From: Thermodesulfobacteriota bacterium
GTDB lineage: Bacteria; Desulfobacterota_D; UBA1144; Nemesobacterales; CSP1-2
Reading direction: 5' to 3'
Assembly (NCBI GenBank): GCA_036397855.1
Contig: DASWID010000030.1
Span: 1,948-65,947, forward strand
Length of the DNA stretch: 64,000 bases
This document shows positions 16,015 through 28,743 of this stretch, piece after piece (position 1 is the stretch's first letter; each line of letters opens with the position of its first letter). The position numbers were made by a program, and so were the translations under genes. The notes under the pieces were generated by a model. It saw nothing but the letters and a program-made list of their open reading frames with translations, was not told where the DNA came from and searched no databases.

Positions 16015-16890
16015 TCAATTCAATCTGAGGGCCTCTTTTAGGGTTTTACCCATTTCTGCCGGGCTCGGGCAAACAGTAACGCCAGCGCGTTCTAAAGCTT
16101 CTTGTTTTTCTTTAGCGGTGCCAGAACTGCCTGAGATGATGGCTCCAGCATGTCCCATTCTCTTACCTTTTGGCGCCGTTGCTCCTGCAATGAATGCAAC
16201 TACGGGTTTGCTAAATTTTTCTTTTATGAATTCCGCAGCTTCTTCTTCAGCGCTTCCTCCAATCTCACCGATTAGAATCACTCCATCTGTATTCTTGTCC
16301 TTTTCAAAAAGTCTTAATATATCAATAAAAGTTGATCCAATAATTGGGTCTCCACCGATTCCCACACATGTGGATTGACCTATGCCAATGTCCGTTAACT
16401 GCCAGACCGCTTCGTAAGTCAGTGTTCCGCTCCGTGATATAATTCCGACTCTACCAGGGGTATGAATGTATCCGGGCATGATTCCCACTTTAGCCTCACC
16501 CGGGGTAATAACACCAGGGCAATTAGGGCCGATTAATCTCACATTTTTCCCTTTTATGTAGTTCTTTACCTTAATCATGTCGAGGGTCGGAATGCCTTCG
16601 GTAATACATACCACGAGCTTCACGCCCGCATCGACTGCCTCTATGATAGAATCCATTGCAAAAGGTGCAGGGACAAATATTAGAGATGCATTTGCCTTTG
16701 TTTGTTCTATGGCTTCTGAGACGGTATTAAATACAGGGAAACCCTCTATTTCGGTTCCTCCCTTTCCCGGAGTAACCCCGCCGACTACCTTGGTACCATA
16801 ATCACGGCATTGAGTGGCATGAAAGATACCAGCACTACCAGTTATACCTTGAACTATTACCCTTGTGTTCTTGTTGACAAGTATGCTCAT
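16015..16890 (-). CDS. sucD: Succinyl-CoA synthetase (ADP-forming) alpha subunit
   Basis: 291 aa. '[11 protein letters not shown]…GGVTPGKGG…' CoA-binding and ligase-CoA motifs. Confidence 0.85.
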   Translation of the reverse strand: MSILVNKNTRVIVQGITGSAGIFHATQCRDYGTKVVGGVTPGKGGTEIEGFPVFNTVSEAIEQTKANASLIFVPAPFAMDSIIEAVDAGVKLVVCITEGIPTLDMIKVKNYIKGKNVRLIGPNCPGVITPGEAKVGIMPGYIHTPGRVGIISRSGTLTYEAVWQLTDIGIGQSTCVGIGGDPIIGSTFIDILRLFEKDKNTDGVILIGEIGGSAEEEAAEFIKEKFSKPVVAFIAGATAPKGKRMGHAGAIISGSSGTAKEKQEALERAGVTVCPSPAEMGKTLKEALRLN

Positions 16891-17036
16891 ACTTAGACTC
16901 CTGTTTACTTTTTATGGATTAACAGAGTTAGTAACGAAATGGTCACGAATGTTAACATGCGACATGTGTACATTCAACAGAATGGATGATAATAGTATCT
17001 ACAATTTTAAAACAATCCATGAAGCGTAAGCTGCAT

Positions 17037-17906
17037 CTACTCTATGTTTTGGACTTGTTCCCGCATTTTTTCGATTTCTGAACGAAAATCGATTATTAAA
17101 TGCGAAATGGATGCATCCTTTGATTTAGCAGAGATAGTGCCTGCCTCTCGATTCATCTCCTGTAAGAGAAAATCGCACTCTCTACCGATGGAATGATTTT
17201 TCTTGATTGTTTCATTCAATTTACTTATGTGAGCTTTAAGCCTGATGATTTCTTCTGTAATATCGGTTCGTTCGGCCATTATTGCAATTTCTTGGTTAAG
17301 TCTGCTTTCATCGAGTTGTTTATCATCTAATAGCTTGCTTATCCTGCTTTTAATGTTCTCTGAAAATGTTTTTTTAAAGTTGCCTCTTTTCGTGTTAACC
17401 CGCTTCATGATTTTTTCTAACTTTTGTATTCGACTTTTCAGATCCCTCTCGATCTTCTTCCCTTCGGAAATCCGTGCCTCATCTAGATTTCGCATCGCAT
17501 TACTCAGGGCAGTCTTTATCTTGTTTAAGTAGACCTTGCTCAGTGTCGGTTTTGATTCATGGGAGAAGAATTCTTTTATGAGTAAAACATGTTCAAGCCT
17601 GGTTTTATCTCTTATCAACAGTTCCTTCTTTAATTTTTCTAGCTTCCGAAATGAATCCTTGGCAAGTTCGATGTTCATCACGGGAGTTTTCCTTTTGAGT
17701 TCTTCCGATATCAATAAAATTCTCACCTTACCACGGATTACATGTTGCTTTATTATTTCGATTAAATCGGGCTCGATAGATAGAACAGATTCAGGGAGTT
17801 GCATAGTGATGTCTAAGAATCTATAATTTTCGGACTTTGCTTCTACTATCATTTTCCCCAAGTTTGTTTCTATTTCACTGTTTCCATACCCTGTCATACT
17901 CTTCAT
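17037..17906 (-). CDS. yicC: YicC-family stress-induced protein
   Basis: 289 aa. N-terminus 'MKSMTGYGNSEIE…AKSENYRFLDITMQLPE' is typical of the YicC N-terminal domain. Confidence 0.7.
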   Translation of the reverse strand: MKSMTGYGNSEIETNLGKMIVEAKSENYRFLDITMQLPESVLSIEPDLIEIIKQHVIRGKVRILLISEELKRKTPVMNIELAKDSFRKLEKLKKELLIRDKTRLEHVLLIKEFFSHESKPTLSKVYLNKIKTALSNAMRNLDEARISEGKKIERDLKSRIQKLEKIMKRVNTKRGNFKKTFSENIKSRISKLLDDKQLDESRLNQEIAIMAERTDITEEIIRLKAHISKLNETIKKNHSIGRECDFLLQEMNREAGTISAKSKDASISHLIIDFRSEIEKMREQVQNIE

Positions 17907-18439
17907 GCGAATTTTACCTCCGTTAGTTCCACCATGTACCTTTCTCTTAAATTTTTGAAGAGTCTCCGCAGCTTTTTTGTCCTATAATCAGGATACGTCC
18001 ACCTTAGTGGTCTGAAATCTTTCTTCATGTACACAAGGGTTAGATCAGCATATACACCTTTACCTAAATATGGGCGATGATAATATCCTTTTCCTGTAGC
18101 AAGAATCAAGTGCTCAGGAGCGATGTAACCGGGATCTATATTTATTTGTCTCCTCTCATTTGACGAAAATGACTGTTCGAGATCGTTGGTAAAATGCTTG
18201 ATTTTTACTAATTCGTCTCTTTTTATTAGCGGCTTGAAAGTGATTATAATCCTTGATAGTTCTGTGCCCATTTCATTCTCATAATATGTTGTATAGTGAA
18301 AAGGGAATTTTTCACTTACGTAATCAGCATTGCCTAATCTTTTCTCTAATCTTTTTATACATTTATCAACTCGAGCATTTTTGCTATAAATAATTCCAGT
18401 AAAAAGCTTTACTGGAACCGCTTCTTCGAGTTTGCTCAC
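17903..18439 (-). CDS. Hypothetical protein co-transcribed with yicC (DUF4416-like?)
   Basis: 178 aa, 4-nt overlap with yicC. The family assignment is an uncertain recollection. Confidence 0.45.
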   Translation of the reverse strand: MSKLEEAVPVKLFTGIIYSKNARVDKCIKRLEKRLGNADYVSEKFPFHYTTYYENEMGTELSRIIITFKPLIKRDELVKIKHFTNDLEQSFSSNERRQINIDPGYIAPEHLILATGKGYYHRPYLGKGVYADLTLVYMKKDFRPLRWTYPDYRTKKLRRLFKNLRERYMVELTEVKFA

Positions 18440-18655
18440 CGTAACAAGAATTATCGAGAAGAGGGATTTGTCAAGTAAATTGTGTATAGTATTAACACTT
18501 GCTTAAATATTGATTTAAGTAATAAGGAAAGCAAGATTTAAAGCTGTTGGGAATATAATCTAGGGGATTTTCTAAGAGAATTCCTTGATATTTTACCTTT
18601 TTGTAAATATTCTATTTCCCTAATTGGTGTTTGTATATCAATAATTCAATTTATA

Positions 18656-19132
18656 ATGAAAAATTTCCTTTTTTTCATTTTTATAATTTCAGGACTATTG
18701 GCATGCTTTAGCAGTACGAAGCCTAATTCCGGTCCAAAGATTCGAAGAGCTTCACCTATTCATACGGTCAGTGGATACCTGGATGCTTTGAAAGGTAAAA
18801 ATTTTAATAAGGCCTATTCTTACATAACGATCTTATATGCGGGAAACCTTGATGAGGAGAGCTATGTGTTAAATATGAAAAAGACATTGGTTGATGAGTC
18901 GAATTGGAATTTGTTGAATTATAAGATAGAAAGCGTTCAGATATTTGGCGAACAAGCCTATGTTGTCGCGGAATTAGATGTAAATTATCAGCTCCCTAAA
19001 AATGAGGAACAGGTAAAGAAAACAATAGAAGTTCAATATGTGCTTTCTTATATAGACAATAAATGGAAAATTAATTCTGATGGTTTAGTTGGTAAAGATA
19101 CGGGGACACCGAATGTCAACAATTCACTTTAG
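18656..19132 (+). CDS. Putative lipoprotein
   Basis: 158 aa. Signal peptide with lipobox-like 'LLACFSS'. Confidence 0.5.
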   Translation: MKNFLFFIFIISGLLACFSSTKPNSGPKIRRASPIHTVSGYLDALKGKNFNKAYSYITILYAGNLDEESYVLNMKKTLVDESNWNLLNYKIESVQIFGEQAYVVAELDVNYQLPKNEEQVKKTIEVQYVLSYIDNKWKINSDGLVGKDTGTPNVNNSL

Positions 19133-19141
19133 ATTTCAGAA

Positions 19142-19942
19142 ATGATCAAGGTTTTGGTAACGGGTGCTGCAGGGAGGATGGGTAGACAAATAGTTTCATT
19201 GTTGCTTCAAGAAGATGATATTGAAGTCGTGGGTGCCACGGAAGTGGAGGGTCATCCTTCCATTGGTAAAGATGTTGGGAAAATCATAGGGATGGGGAAA
19301 ATCGATGTCCTTGTCTCGGATAATCTTGATAAAGCGGCTTCCGAGGCTGATGTGGTAGTGGATTTTACTAATCCCCGAGCTACTCTTGATGCTGCAAGTT
19401 ATGCCTCATTGAAGGGAAAGCCAATGGTTATAGGGACTACAGGTTTTAGTTCTGACGAGAAAGTAAGGCTCGAGGAACTTGCTGGGAAGTTCCCCTGCGT
19501 AGTTTCCCCCAACATGAGCATTGGAGTGAACGTAATGTTTGAAATCACAAAGAAGCTGGCTGAGTTATTGGGCAATGAATTCGATGTCGAGATTATAGAA
19601 GCTCATCACAGGCAGAAAAAGGATTCCCCGAGCGGTACAGCGATTAGACTGGGAGAAATTGTTGCAGAGGCTACGGGTAGGGATTTTAGTGATGTGGCTA
19701 GATTTGAAAGACATGGCCATGTTGGGGAAAGGGGACTGAATGAAATCGGGATCCAGGCTATACGCGGAGGAGACATAATTGGTGAACATTGTGTTTTATT
19801 CTGTGGCAATGGAGAAAGGGTTGAACTAACTCACAGAGCAACTAATCGTGATAATTTTGCAAGGGGTGCTATCCGAGCCTTGAGATGGATAATAGGAAAA
19901 CCTCCCGGAATTTACACAATGAGAGATGTATTGGGGATATAA
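19142..19942 (+). CDS. dapB: 4-hydroxy-tetrahydrodipicolinate reductase
   Basis: 266 aa. 'MIKVLVTGAAGRMGRQ…' and the DapB C-terminal domain. Confidence 0.85.
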   Translation: MIKVLVTGAAGRMGRQIVSLLLQEDDIEVVGATEVEGHPSIGKDVGKIIGMGKIDVLVSDNLDKAASEADVVVDFTNPRATLDAASYASLKGKPMVIGTTGFSSDEKVRLEELAGKFPCVVSPNMSIGVNVMFEITKKLAELLGNEFDVEIIEAHHRQKKDSPSGTAIRLGEIVAEATGRDFSDVARFERHGHVGERGLNEIGIQAIRGGDIIGEHCVLFCGNGERVELTHRATNRDNFARGAIRALRWIIGKPPGIYTMRDVLGI

Positions 19943-21503
<1,561 letters not shown>

Positions 21504-21504
<1 letters not shown>

Positions 21505-23102
21505 TGAATAGGGTATCAAGAACGTGGATAGCCATAATCTTAATGATAACAGCGCTTTCAATAATACTTTTAACACCAACGTTCTTGGGTGATAATCTTC
21601 CGAGTTGGTGGGGGAAGGTATTCCCAGATAAAGGTATCAGGCTTGGGCTTGATCTGAAGGGAGGAGTTTTCTTGCTCCTAGGTGTTAGAGCAGATGAAGC
21701 TGTTGAGCACGAACTCACTAACATGAAGGATCTGATAAGTGAAGCCTTGAATAAAGATAAGATTCTTGTAAAGGGTTATGATAAAAACGATAAAACCCTC
21801 GTAATAGATTTTTTCACAAAAGGTGATCTTGATAGGGCGAAAAAAATAGAGGATGACTATAAAGATATAGCAAACGTGGATGAAGATGGTTTATCACTGA
21901 AACTCACACTCAGAGATGGTTATATTACAGAGTTGCAGAGGAGGGCAATAGATCAAGTTAGGGAGGTCATTGAAAATCGAGTTACAGAGTTTGGCCTGGT
22001 TGAACCATCTATACAACGGGCTGGCACCGACAGAATCATTATTCAAGTACCTGGTGCATCTGCGTCTGATAGGGAACGGATAATCAATATCATTAAGCGA
22101 GAAGCTGTGTTGGAGTTTAAGATAGTTGAGGATGCCGGTCCTTCAAAGGAAACGTTGCTGGCTAAGTATGAAGTATCGACACCTGAGGGGTTAATTGAGA
22201 GGGAGCTTAAGCTACATTCGGGCGAGACGGGAAATGAAAACGAGAAATTCTTTGTCACCGAAAATGAGGCTCAGGTCACTGGACAATATCTTGCAGATGC
22301 AAGGTTGACATTTGATGAGTTTGGCAGACCAGCGGTAGGATTCAATTTTAGGGGAGAGGGTGCGAGTAAGTTTGGGATCCTAACTGAAAAAAATAAAAAT
22401 CGAAGACTTGCTATTGTACTTGATGGTGTTGTTAAATCAGCTCCCGTGATAGAGGAAAGAATTACATCTCAAGGAATAATCAGGGGGAGTTTTACGCTCG
22501 ATGAAGCAAAGGATCTGGCGCTGGTTCTTCGTTCGGGAGCACTTCCTGTTCCTGTAAATGTGGAGCAGGAGCGCACGGTTGGACCTTCACTTGGTAGAGA
22601 TTCAATCGATAAAGGGACACTTTCCATGATCGTTGGTGCGGCCCTAGTTGTAATATTCATGGTTGTCATTTACAAGTTTCAGGGTGTAATCGCAAATATT
22701 TCACTTGCGCTTAATATGCTCTTTATCATGGGATTTCTCTCGGCATTTGGGGTTACATTAACGCTGCCGGGTATAGCTGGGCTTGTCCTCACCCTGGGAA
22801 TGGCGGTGGACGGGAATATAATTATTTTTGAACGGATGAAAGAGGAGATTAGAGTTGGGAAATCTCCTCTAGCTGCAATAGATGCTGGATACAGCAGGTC
22901 TCTATGGACTTTGTTGGATGCTAATATTACCACTCTTCTTACCAGCCTTATTCTATTCTGGTTCGGGACAGGTCCGATTAAGGGTTTTGCTGCTACCCTG
23001 TCGATAGGAATTGTATCTACCGTATTCAGTAATGTTATTGTTGCTCGAATGATAACTAATTTTTTCTATGCCGAGAAGAGGGCTGCCTCTTTGAGCATTT
23101 AG
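21504..23102 (+). CDS. secD: Protein translocase subunit SecD
   Basis: 532 aa. SecD periplasmic and transmembrane domains. Confidence 0.9.
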
Positions 23103-23126
23103 ATAAACATCGGAGGTTCACATCGT

Positions 23127-24041
23127 TTGGAGATACTATCTGATACACATGTAGATTTTGTTGTGAAGATGAAAAAGGGGCTAGTCGTCTCCCTGTGTTT
23201 AATCATAATATCACTCTTATCACTCATATATCATAAGGGGCCGAATTGGGGTGTTGAATTTATTGGCGGAACAGAGCTACAAATTAAGTTTCCGAAAAAA
23301 ATTCATTCTGATGGGCTAAAGTCCACCTTAAAGGATGCCGGATATCCAGCTGAATCTATTCAGGGCGTGGGGCTATCTGGAGATAATGAGTACTTAATTA
23401 GGTTTTTACCCGATGTTGTCGATTTCCAAAAAATTCAGGAATTTCAAACCAAGCTCAGTGATATGTCCAAAAATCTTCCCATCTTTGATGGAGCGTCGGT
23501 ACTTAGATTAGATTTTATAGGTCCTAAGGTCGGAAAGGAGCTAATAGAGAAGGCAATATTCTCAATTTTATTGGGCTGTGTTGGCATACTTATTTATTTG
23601 ATTTTTAGGTTTGAATTCGCGTTTGCTTTGGGAGCCGTAATCGCGCTTATACATGACACTGTGATCACTTTGGGAGCAGTTTCTATCACAGAGAAAGAGT
23701 TTACACTTACTATAGTAGCTGCACTCCTTACTATTATTGGATATTCTGTAAATGATACAATTATTATTTTTGACAGGATAAGGGAGAACTTAAAGAGAAC
23801 TAAGGAAAAGAGTTTTATTAACATCGCAAATGAAAGCCTTAACCAAACTCTTTCTAGAACGATATTAACTGGGGTAACGGTTTTTCTCGTATTAGTTCCA
23901 CTGTATTTCCTCGGGGGATCTGTAATCCATGACTTTGCATTTACGTTGATTGTCGGTGTCGTAGTTGGAACATACTCTTCCATATTTATGGCCAGCGCGT
24001 TCGTCATATTCTGGCGGTATAGGAAGGGTACACTTACCTAA
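23127..24041 (+). CDS. secF: Protein translocase subunit SecF
   Basis: 304 aa, follows secD. 'FIGPKVGKEL…' SecF signature. Confidence 0.9.
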   Translation: MEILSDTHVDFVVKMKKGLVVSLCLIIISLLSLIYHKGPNWGVEFIGGTELQIKFPKKIHSDGLKSTLKDAGYPAESIQGVGLSGDNEYLIRFLPDVVDFQKIQEFQTKLSDMSKNLPIFDGASVLRLDFIGPKVGKELIEKAIFSILLGCVGILIYLIFRFEFAFALGAVIALIHDTVITLGAVSITEKEFTLTIVAALLTIIGYSVNDTIIIFDRIRENLKRTKEKSFINIANESLNQTLSRTILTGVTVFLVLVPLYFLGGSVIHDFAFTLIVGVVVGTYSSIFMASAFVIFWRYRKGTLT

Positions 24042-24415
24042 TGGCGTCCTAATTCGTTAGATATCTCTTCGATCGAAGGCACCCTACCCACGCCGACTGG
24101 TTTACCATTTGCTATTACAAGGGGCACGGCATATAGGAACAGAATAGTTCGAATGGCGGGGGAAAAGGACGGGTTGTATTTTAAAACATCTGCTAACACC
24201 CTTGGCATCAAGAAAAAATATGCTTTAGGTTCGATCTGAATAATCTCAACCTCATCCTCTCCATATCTCTCCCTTATTTCTCTATGAAGCCTTCCGCATT
24301 CTTCTGCTGTTTTCCGAATGCTTTCATAGGACCGGTCTTTTGCCCCAAACGCAGACATCCCACCTGAACAACATATACAGCCCACAAAAACATCACTTTC
24401 TCTAACGATTATCAC
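24038..24415 (-). CDS. Thioredoxin/glutaredoxin-fold protein
   Basis: 125 aa. 'VFVGCICCSGG' and the C-terminal 'VPLVIANGKPVGVGRVPSIEEIS' (cis-Pro … GG pattern). Lies downstream of cstA. Confidence 0.4.
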   Translation of the reverse strand: MIIVRESDVFVGCICCSGGMSAFGAKDRSYESIRKTAEECGRLHREIRERYGEDEVEIIQIEPKAYFFLMPRVLADVLKYNPSFSPAIRTILFLYAVPLVIANGKPVGVGRVPSIEEISNELGRH

Positions 24416-24425
24416 AGATGATTTT

Positions 24426-26255
24426 CTAATTTGATACCACCTCCTCAGTTGAAACGCGAACCACTTTTTTCCCGAGAAACAATGCTTTATACCAGCTTCT
24501 AAACGAGTCTAGAAGAATTATAATTGCACAAATCATTATAGTTGATGTAAGTATTGAATTCACATATCCCTGAATAGCGAAACCCTCCTGTTTGGATAGT
24601 GGAAGAAAATTATCTTTAATGCTCATCCATCCTGCAGTAAGCGTAGTTGCCATTACAAAAGCCATTGGAGCCATCGTAACCCATGCGTATCTCACTTTTC
24701 CTAGATTGATAATAAATGTTGTACCAACACAAAGCGCAATACCTGCGAGAAGTTGATTAGCGGTCCCGAACATTGGCCAGAGAGTGCTAATAGTTCCTGT
24801 GAAGACGAAATATCCCCATGCGCAGGAAATAAGGAGGCTGGAGATTATGGTCGATGGAAGGTGATTAACCCTTTCAAAGGGCTTATAGAATTTCCCACCA
24901 AACTCCTGGATCATAAACCTTGCAACCCTCGTACCGGTATCGATTGTAGTAAGTATGAATAGAGCCTCAAACATAATAGCAAAGTGATACCAGTAATCCA
25001 TTAGATGCTTCATTCCGGGGATTGATGTAAAAATCTGTGCCATACCCAGAGCTAGAGACACTGCTCCCCCCGTTCTACCAGCCAAGCTTTCTCCGACTTG
25101 ATTTGATAGCTGATTTAGATTTACAACACTAAGTCCCAGTTTTTCAAACACCCCCGGTGGAACGTTAATGGCGAAATAGTCACCGGGGAAAAGTGCGCTT
25201 GCGGCAATCAGGGCAAGAATTGCTATAAATCCCTCGATCAACATTGAGCCGAATGCTATAACTTTGATGTCAGATTCTTTTGATACCATCTTTGGAGATG
25301 TTCCTGATGCCACAAGAGCGTGAAAGCCAGATATCGCACCACAGGCGATTGTAATGAAGGCAAATGGGAATAGGGTTCCTGGAATTATGGGACCACCACC
25401 ATGAATATAGCCGGTTAGTAGAGGCATCTTTAACTCTGGTTGAACTATGATAATACCTACTGCAAGGAATAGGATCGTTCCAATCTTCATAAATGAACTA
25501 AGATAATCCCTGGGACAAAGTAGCATCCAAACGGGGAGCACGGAAGCTATAAATCCGTATATGAGTAAAAAAAGGGTTATCTTCGGCTTGGAAAAAGTGA
25601 AATAGGTTGCAAGAGAGGAGGTCGCTATGTCTTTTCCAAATACGACTGCGAGGATGAGGAATAAAACCCCTGTTATAGTTCCTTCCGCGATTCTTCCCTT
25701 CCTGAATCTGTACATGTAAAGTCCCATGAAAAGGGCGATAGGTATAGTACATCCTATTGTGAATACGCCCCATGAGCTTTCAGCAAGGGCATTGACAACT
25801 GCAAGGCCTAAGCCTGCAAGAGCAATCACCAAAATGAAAAGAACTGCGATTGAGGCTATGATTCCAGAGAGTGGACTTATTTGAATCCTAGCAATCTCTG
25901 CCAGTGATTTTCCTCCATGCCTTACAGAGGCAAAGAATATAATAAAATCGTGAACCGCTCCGGCAAGTACAACACCGATCAATATCCAAAGATAACCAGG
26001 AAGGACTCCGAACTGTGCGGCTAGTACCGGACCAATTAATGGTCCTGCGCCAGTTATAGCCGCAAAGTGGTGGCCGAACAGAACCCATCTGTTTGTTGGA
26101 TAGTAATTCTGGCCATCGTACATTGTATGCGCGGGGGTTTTTCTCGAGTCATCGAGTGCAGCAACCTTTGCGGCGATAAATCCATGATAGTATCTGTAGA
26201 AAATAACCATTATACATATTGCGCCAACAACGAGAGGCATAGCATTTATGGTCAC
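24426..26255 (-). CDS. cstA: Carbon starvation protein A (peptide/pyruvate transporter family)
   Basis: 609 aa. Polytopic membrane protein. '[13 protein letters not shown](T/A)[15 protein letters not shown]' is CstA-typical. Confidence 0.85.
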   Translation of the reverse strand: MTINAMPLVVGAICIMVIFYRYYHGFIAAKVAALDDSRKTPAHTMYDGQNYYPTNRWVLFGHHFAAITGAGPLIGPVLAAQFGVLPGYLWILIGVVLAGAVHDFIIFFASVRHGGKSLAEIARIQISPLSGIIASIAVLFILVIALAGLGLAVVNALAESSWGVFTIGCTIPIALFMGLYMYRFRKGRIAEGTITGVLFLILAVVFGKDIATSSLATYFTFSKPKITLFLLIYGFIASVLPVWMLLCPRDYLSSFMKIGTILFLAVGIIIVQPELKMPLLTGYIHGGGPIIPGTLFPFAFITIACGAISGFHALVASGTSPKMVSKESDIKVIAFGSMLIEGFIAILALIAASALFPGDYFAINVPPGVFEKLGLSVVNLNQLSNQVGESLAGRTGGAVSLALGMAQIFTSIPGMKHLMDYWYHFAIMFEALFILTTIDTGTRVARFMIQEFGGKFYKPFERVNHLPSTIISSLLISCAWGYFVFTGTISTLWPMFGTANQLLAGIALCVGTTFIINLGKVRYAWVTMAPMAFVMATTLTAGWMSIKDNFLPLSKQEGFAIQGYVNSILTSTIMICAIIILLDSFRSWYKALFLGKKVVRVSTEEVVSN

Positions 26256-26556
26256 AGAGGTTAATTCTCCTTAAGAGTAATCTTTATAAATATACCACTA
26301 AGTAATTTAATCTTTACATAATTTTCAGGATATAGAAATTCTTCATATTTTTCCTATTTGTAAATAAGTGAAGCAGTATTAAACCCAGAATATATTATAT
26401 AAAAATATTGAGACTAGCTAAATTTTTGAACTCACCACCACTCTTAGTAATTGTTTTAATTATAATCTTTCATTATATTGTTACGCTCATATAAAATGTA
26501 TTTTTTATTATGAATAGTTGACTGACACTTCTTAAGATCAGGGAAGTAATAAATTT

Positions 26557-28008
26557 ATGTCTAAGGGAATTTTTGTCAAGAAATCTATCGGTGAGCTAGT
26601 AAATGGAATAGATGACGGAGCGCATAGTTTGAAGCGTGCTCTGGGTCCTTGGAATTTAGTTAGTCTCGGTCTTGGAGCTATCATAGGCGCCGGTATTTTC
26701 GTGTTGACAGGCCAGGCGGCAGCCCAGTATGCAGGTCCCGCAATTACGCTTTCCTTTGTGCTTTCAGGATTTGGATGTGTGTTCGCGGGTCTCTGCTATG
26801 CAGAGATGGCTTCGATGATCCCAGTTGCTGGCAGCGCCTATACCTATGCCTATGCAACTCTGGGTGAGTTCATTGCTTGGATCATCGGATGGGACCTTAT
26901 TCTGGAATATCTGTTCGGTGCATCCACTGTGGCTGTAGGTTGGTCTGGATATGTCGGGAGTTTTTTAAGAGACTTTGGCGTCTTGATCCCTGAACAACTT
27001 TCAAAATCCCCCTTTGCTTATGATCCACATTTGGGTTGGATTTCCACTGGTGCATTCATAAATCTACCAGCTGTATTCATAATCGCTGTAGTTACGATTC
27101 TCTTAGTGATCGGTATTAGGGAATCCGCTGCATCAAACAATTTGGCTGTATTAATTAAGATCTTTGTTTTGCTTCTTTTCATCGGTGCGGGTCTTTTTTT
27201 CATTAATGGTGAGAACTGGAAACCCTTCATACCGCCAAATGTGGGAACTTTTGGTCACTTTGGTTGGAGTGGTATTTTAAGGGGCGCCGGGGTTATATTT
27301 TTTGCCTATATCGGATTTGATGCCGTTTCAACTGCGGCGCAGGAGACTCATAACCCACAGCGTAATATGCCTATTGGGATCCTGGGATCCTTGGGGATTT
27401 CAACAATTTTGTATATCGTTGTGGCGTTGGTGTTAACGGGTGTTGTGAAATTCGACAAGTTGCTCGTGCCTGACCCTATTGCAGTTGCTGTAGATTCTAT
27501 TGGTTCACAGCTTTTCTGGTTGAGACCCTTTATTAAAATCGGGGCGATTGCTGGGCTTAGTTCAGTGATTCTTGTCTTGCTCATGGGACAGCCTCGAATA
27601 TTTTATTCTATGGCTAGAGATGGTTTAATCCCGAAGGTTTTCGCTAGCGTACATCCCAAATTTAGGACTCCTTATGTTACGACTATTACTACGGGAATTG
27701 TTGCCGCATTCTTTGCAGGTCTATTCCCCATAGGTGTGTTAGGTGAACTAGTATCCATCGGAACATTGCTTGCGTTCGCTATTGTAAGCGTTGGTGTTTT
27801 GGTTCTTCGTTACACCAATCCGGAATTGCCTCGTCCCTTTAAGACTCCTCTGGTGCCTATCGTCCCAATATTGGGCGCTTTAGTAAGCTTATTGCAGATG
27901 TTTTCACTGCCATCTAATACCTGGATACGTCTAATTGTATGGATGGTTTTAGGGCTGATTATTTACTTCTTTTATGGTACCAGACACAGTTTAGTTAAAA
28001 GAAAATAA
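26557..28008 (+). CDS. APC-family amino acid permease
   Basis: 483 aa, 12 TM character. 'GAGIFVLTG' and 'FAYIGFDAVSTAAQE' motifs. Confidence 0.8.
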   Translation: MSKGIFVKKSIGELVNGIDDGAHSLKRALGPWNLVSLGLGAIIGAGIFVLTGQAAAQYAGPAITLSFVLSGFGCVFAGLCYAEMASMIPVAGSAYTYAYATLGEFIAWIIGWDLILEYLFGASTVAVGWSGYVGSFLRDFGVLIPEQLSKSPFAYDPHLGWISTGAFINLPAVFIIAVVTILLVIGIRESAASNNLAVLIKIFVLLLFIGAGLFFINGENWKPFIPPNVGTFGHFGWSGILRGAGVIFFAYIGFDAVSTAAQETHNPQRNMPIGILGSLGISTILYIVVALVLTGVVKFDKLLVPDPIAVAVDSIGSQLFWLRPFIKIGAIAGLSSVILVLLMGQPRIFYSMARDGLIPKVFASVHPKFRTPYVTTITTGIVAAFFAGLFPIGVLGELVSIGTLLAFAIVSVGVLVLRYTNPELPRPFKTPLVPIVPILGALVSLLQMFSLPSNTWIRLIVWMVLGLIIYFFYGTRHSLVKRK

Positions 28009-28123
28009 AAAAATGCTAATTCAAAAATTCCTATTGCTGGATTAAGTAGCATATTAATCCAGTAACCTTTAATTAATTTTGATATATTTCAGGTTGTGCT
28101 AATATTACTAGTCTTTTAAGGAA

Positions 28124-28630
28124 ATGGATTATGTAGTCTTTTTTCTTTTTATAATTGTGGCATTTGCTGGGCTTTTTTCGATTGTTTTGGGTTTTCCGGG
28201 AAATTTCATTATCTTCGCAGGTTCGTTATTTTATGGATGGTATTGCGATTTCAAGGGAATTACATTAGAAGTTCTCTTGTTACTTCTTATATTAGCGATC
28301 TCGGCGGAGGTTTTGGAGTTTATCATAGGGATAGCCGGTTCAAGAAAACATAGGTCCAGTAATAGGGCGATAATTGGTTCAATTATGGGTGGAATAATAG
28401 GTGCTATATTTGGTGCACCTATTTTATTTGGAGCAGGAGCGATATTAGGCGCATTTATAGGAGCATTCATCGGTGCATTTATCGTTGAATTAGTGAGCAG
28501 TAAGGGATTCGATCAGGCCGTGCAATCTGGTTGGGGAGCATTTCTAGGACGAGTGGGTGGAACGATCACAAAAGGGATAATCGGAATCACGATGATTTCA
28601 ATAGCGGTTTTCTCAGTGATTGGAGATTAA
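28124..28630 (+). CDS. DUF456-like small membrane protein
   Basis: 168 aa. Gly-rich TM segments 'GAPILFGAGAILGAFIGAFIGAF'. Confidence 0.5.
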   Translation: MDYVVFFLFIIVAFAGLFSIVLGFPGNFIIFAGSLFYGWYCDFKGITLEVLLLLLILAISAEVLEFIIGIAGSRKHRSSNRAIIGSIMGGIIGAIFGAPILFGAGAILGAFIGAFIGAFIVELVSSKGFDQAVQSGWGAFLGRVGGTITKGIIGITMISIAVFSVIGD

Positions 28631-28743
28631 AAGACGAATTTAGATGTCAGAAGTCAGGATCCGGGAGAAAAAATAAACGAATGGACTGTGGAACCAATTT
28701 CTGGCTGCGTACTTCTGGATGCCCACTTTATAAGGTGTAAAGC

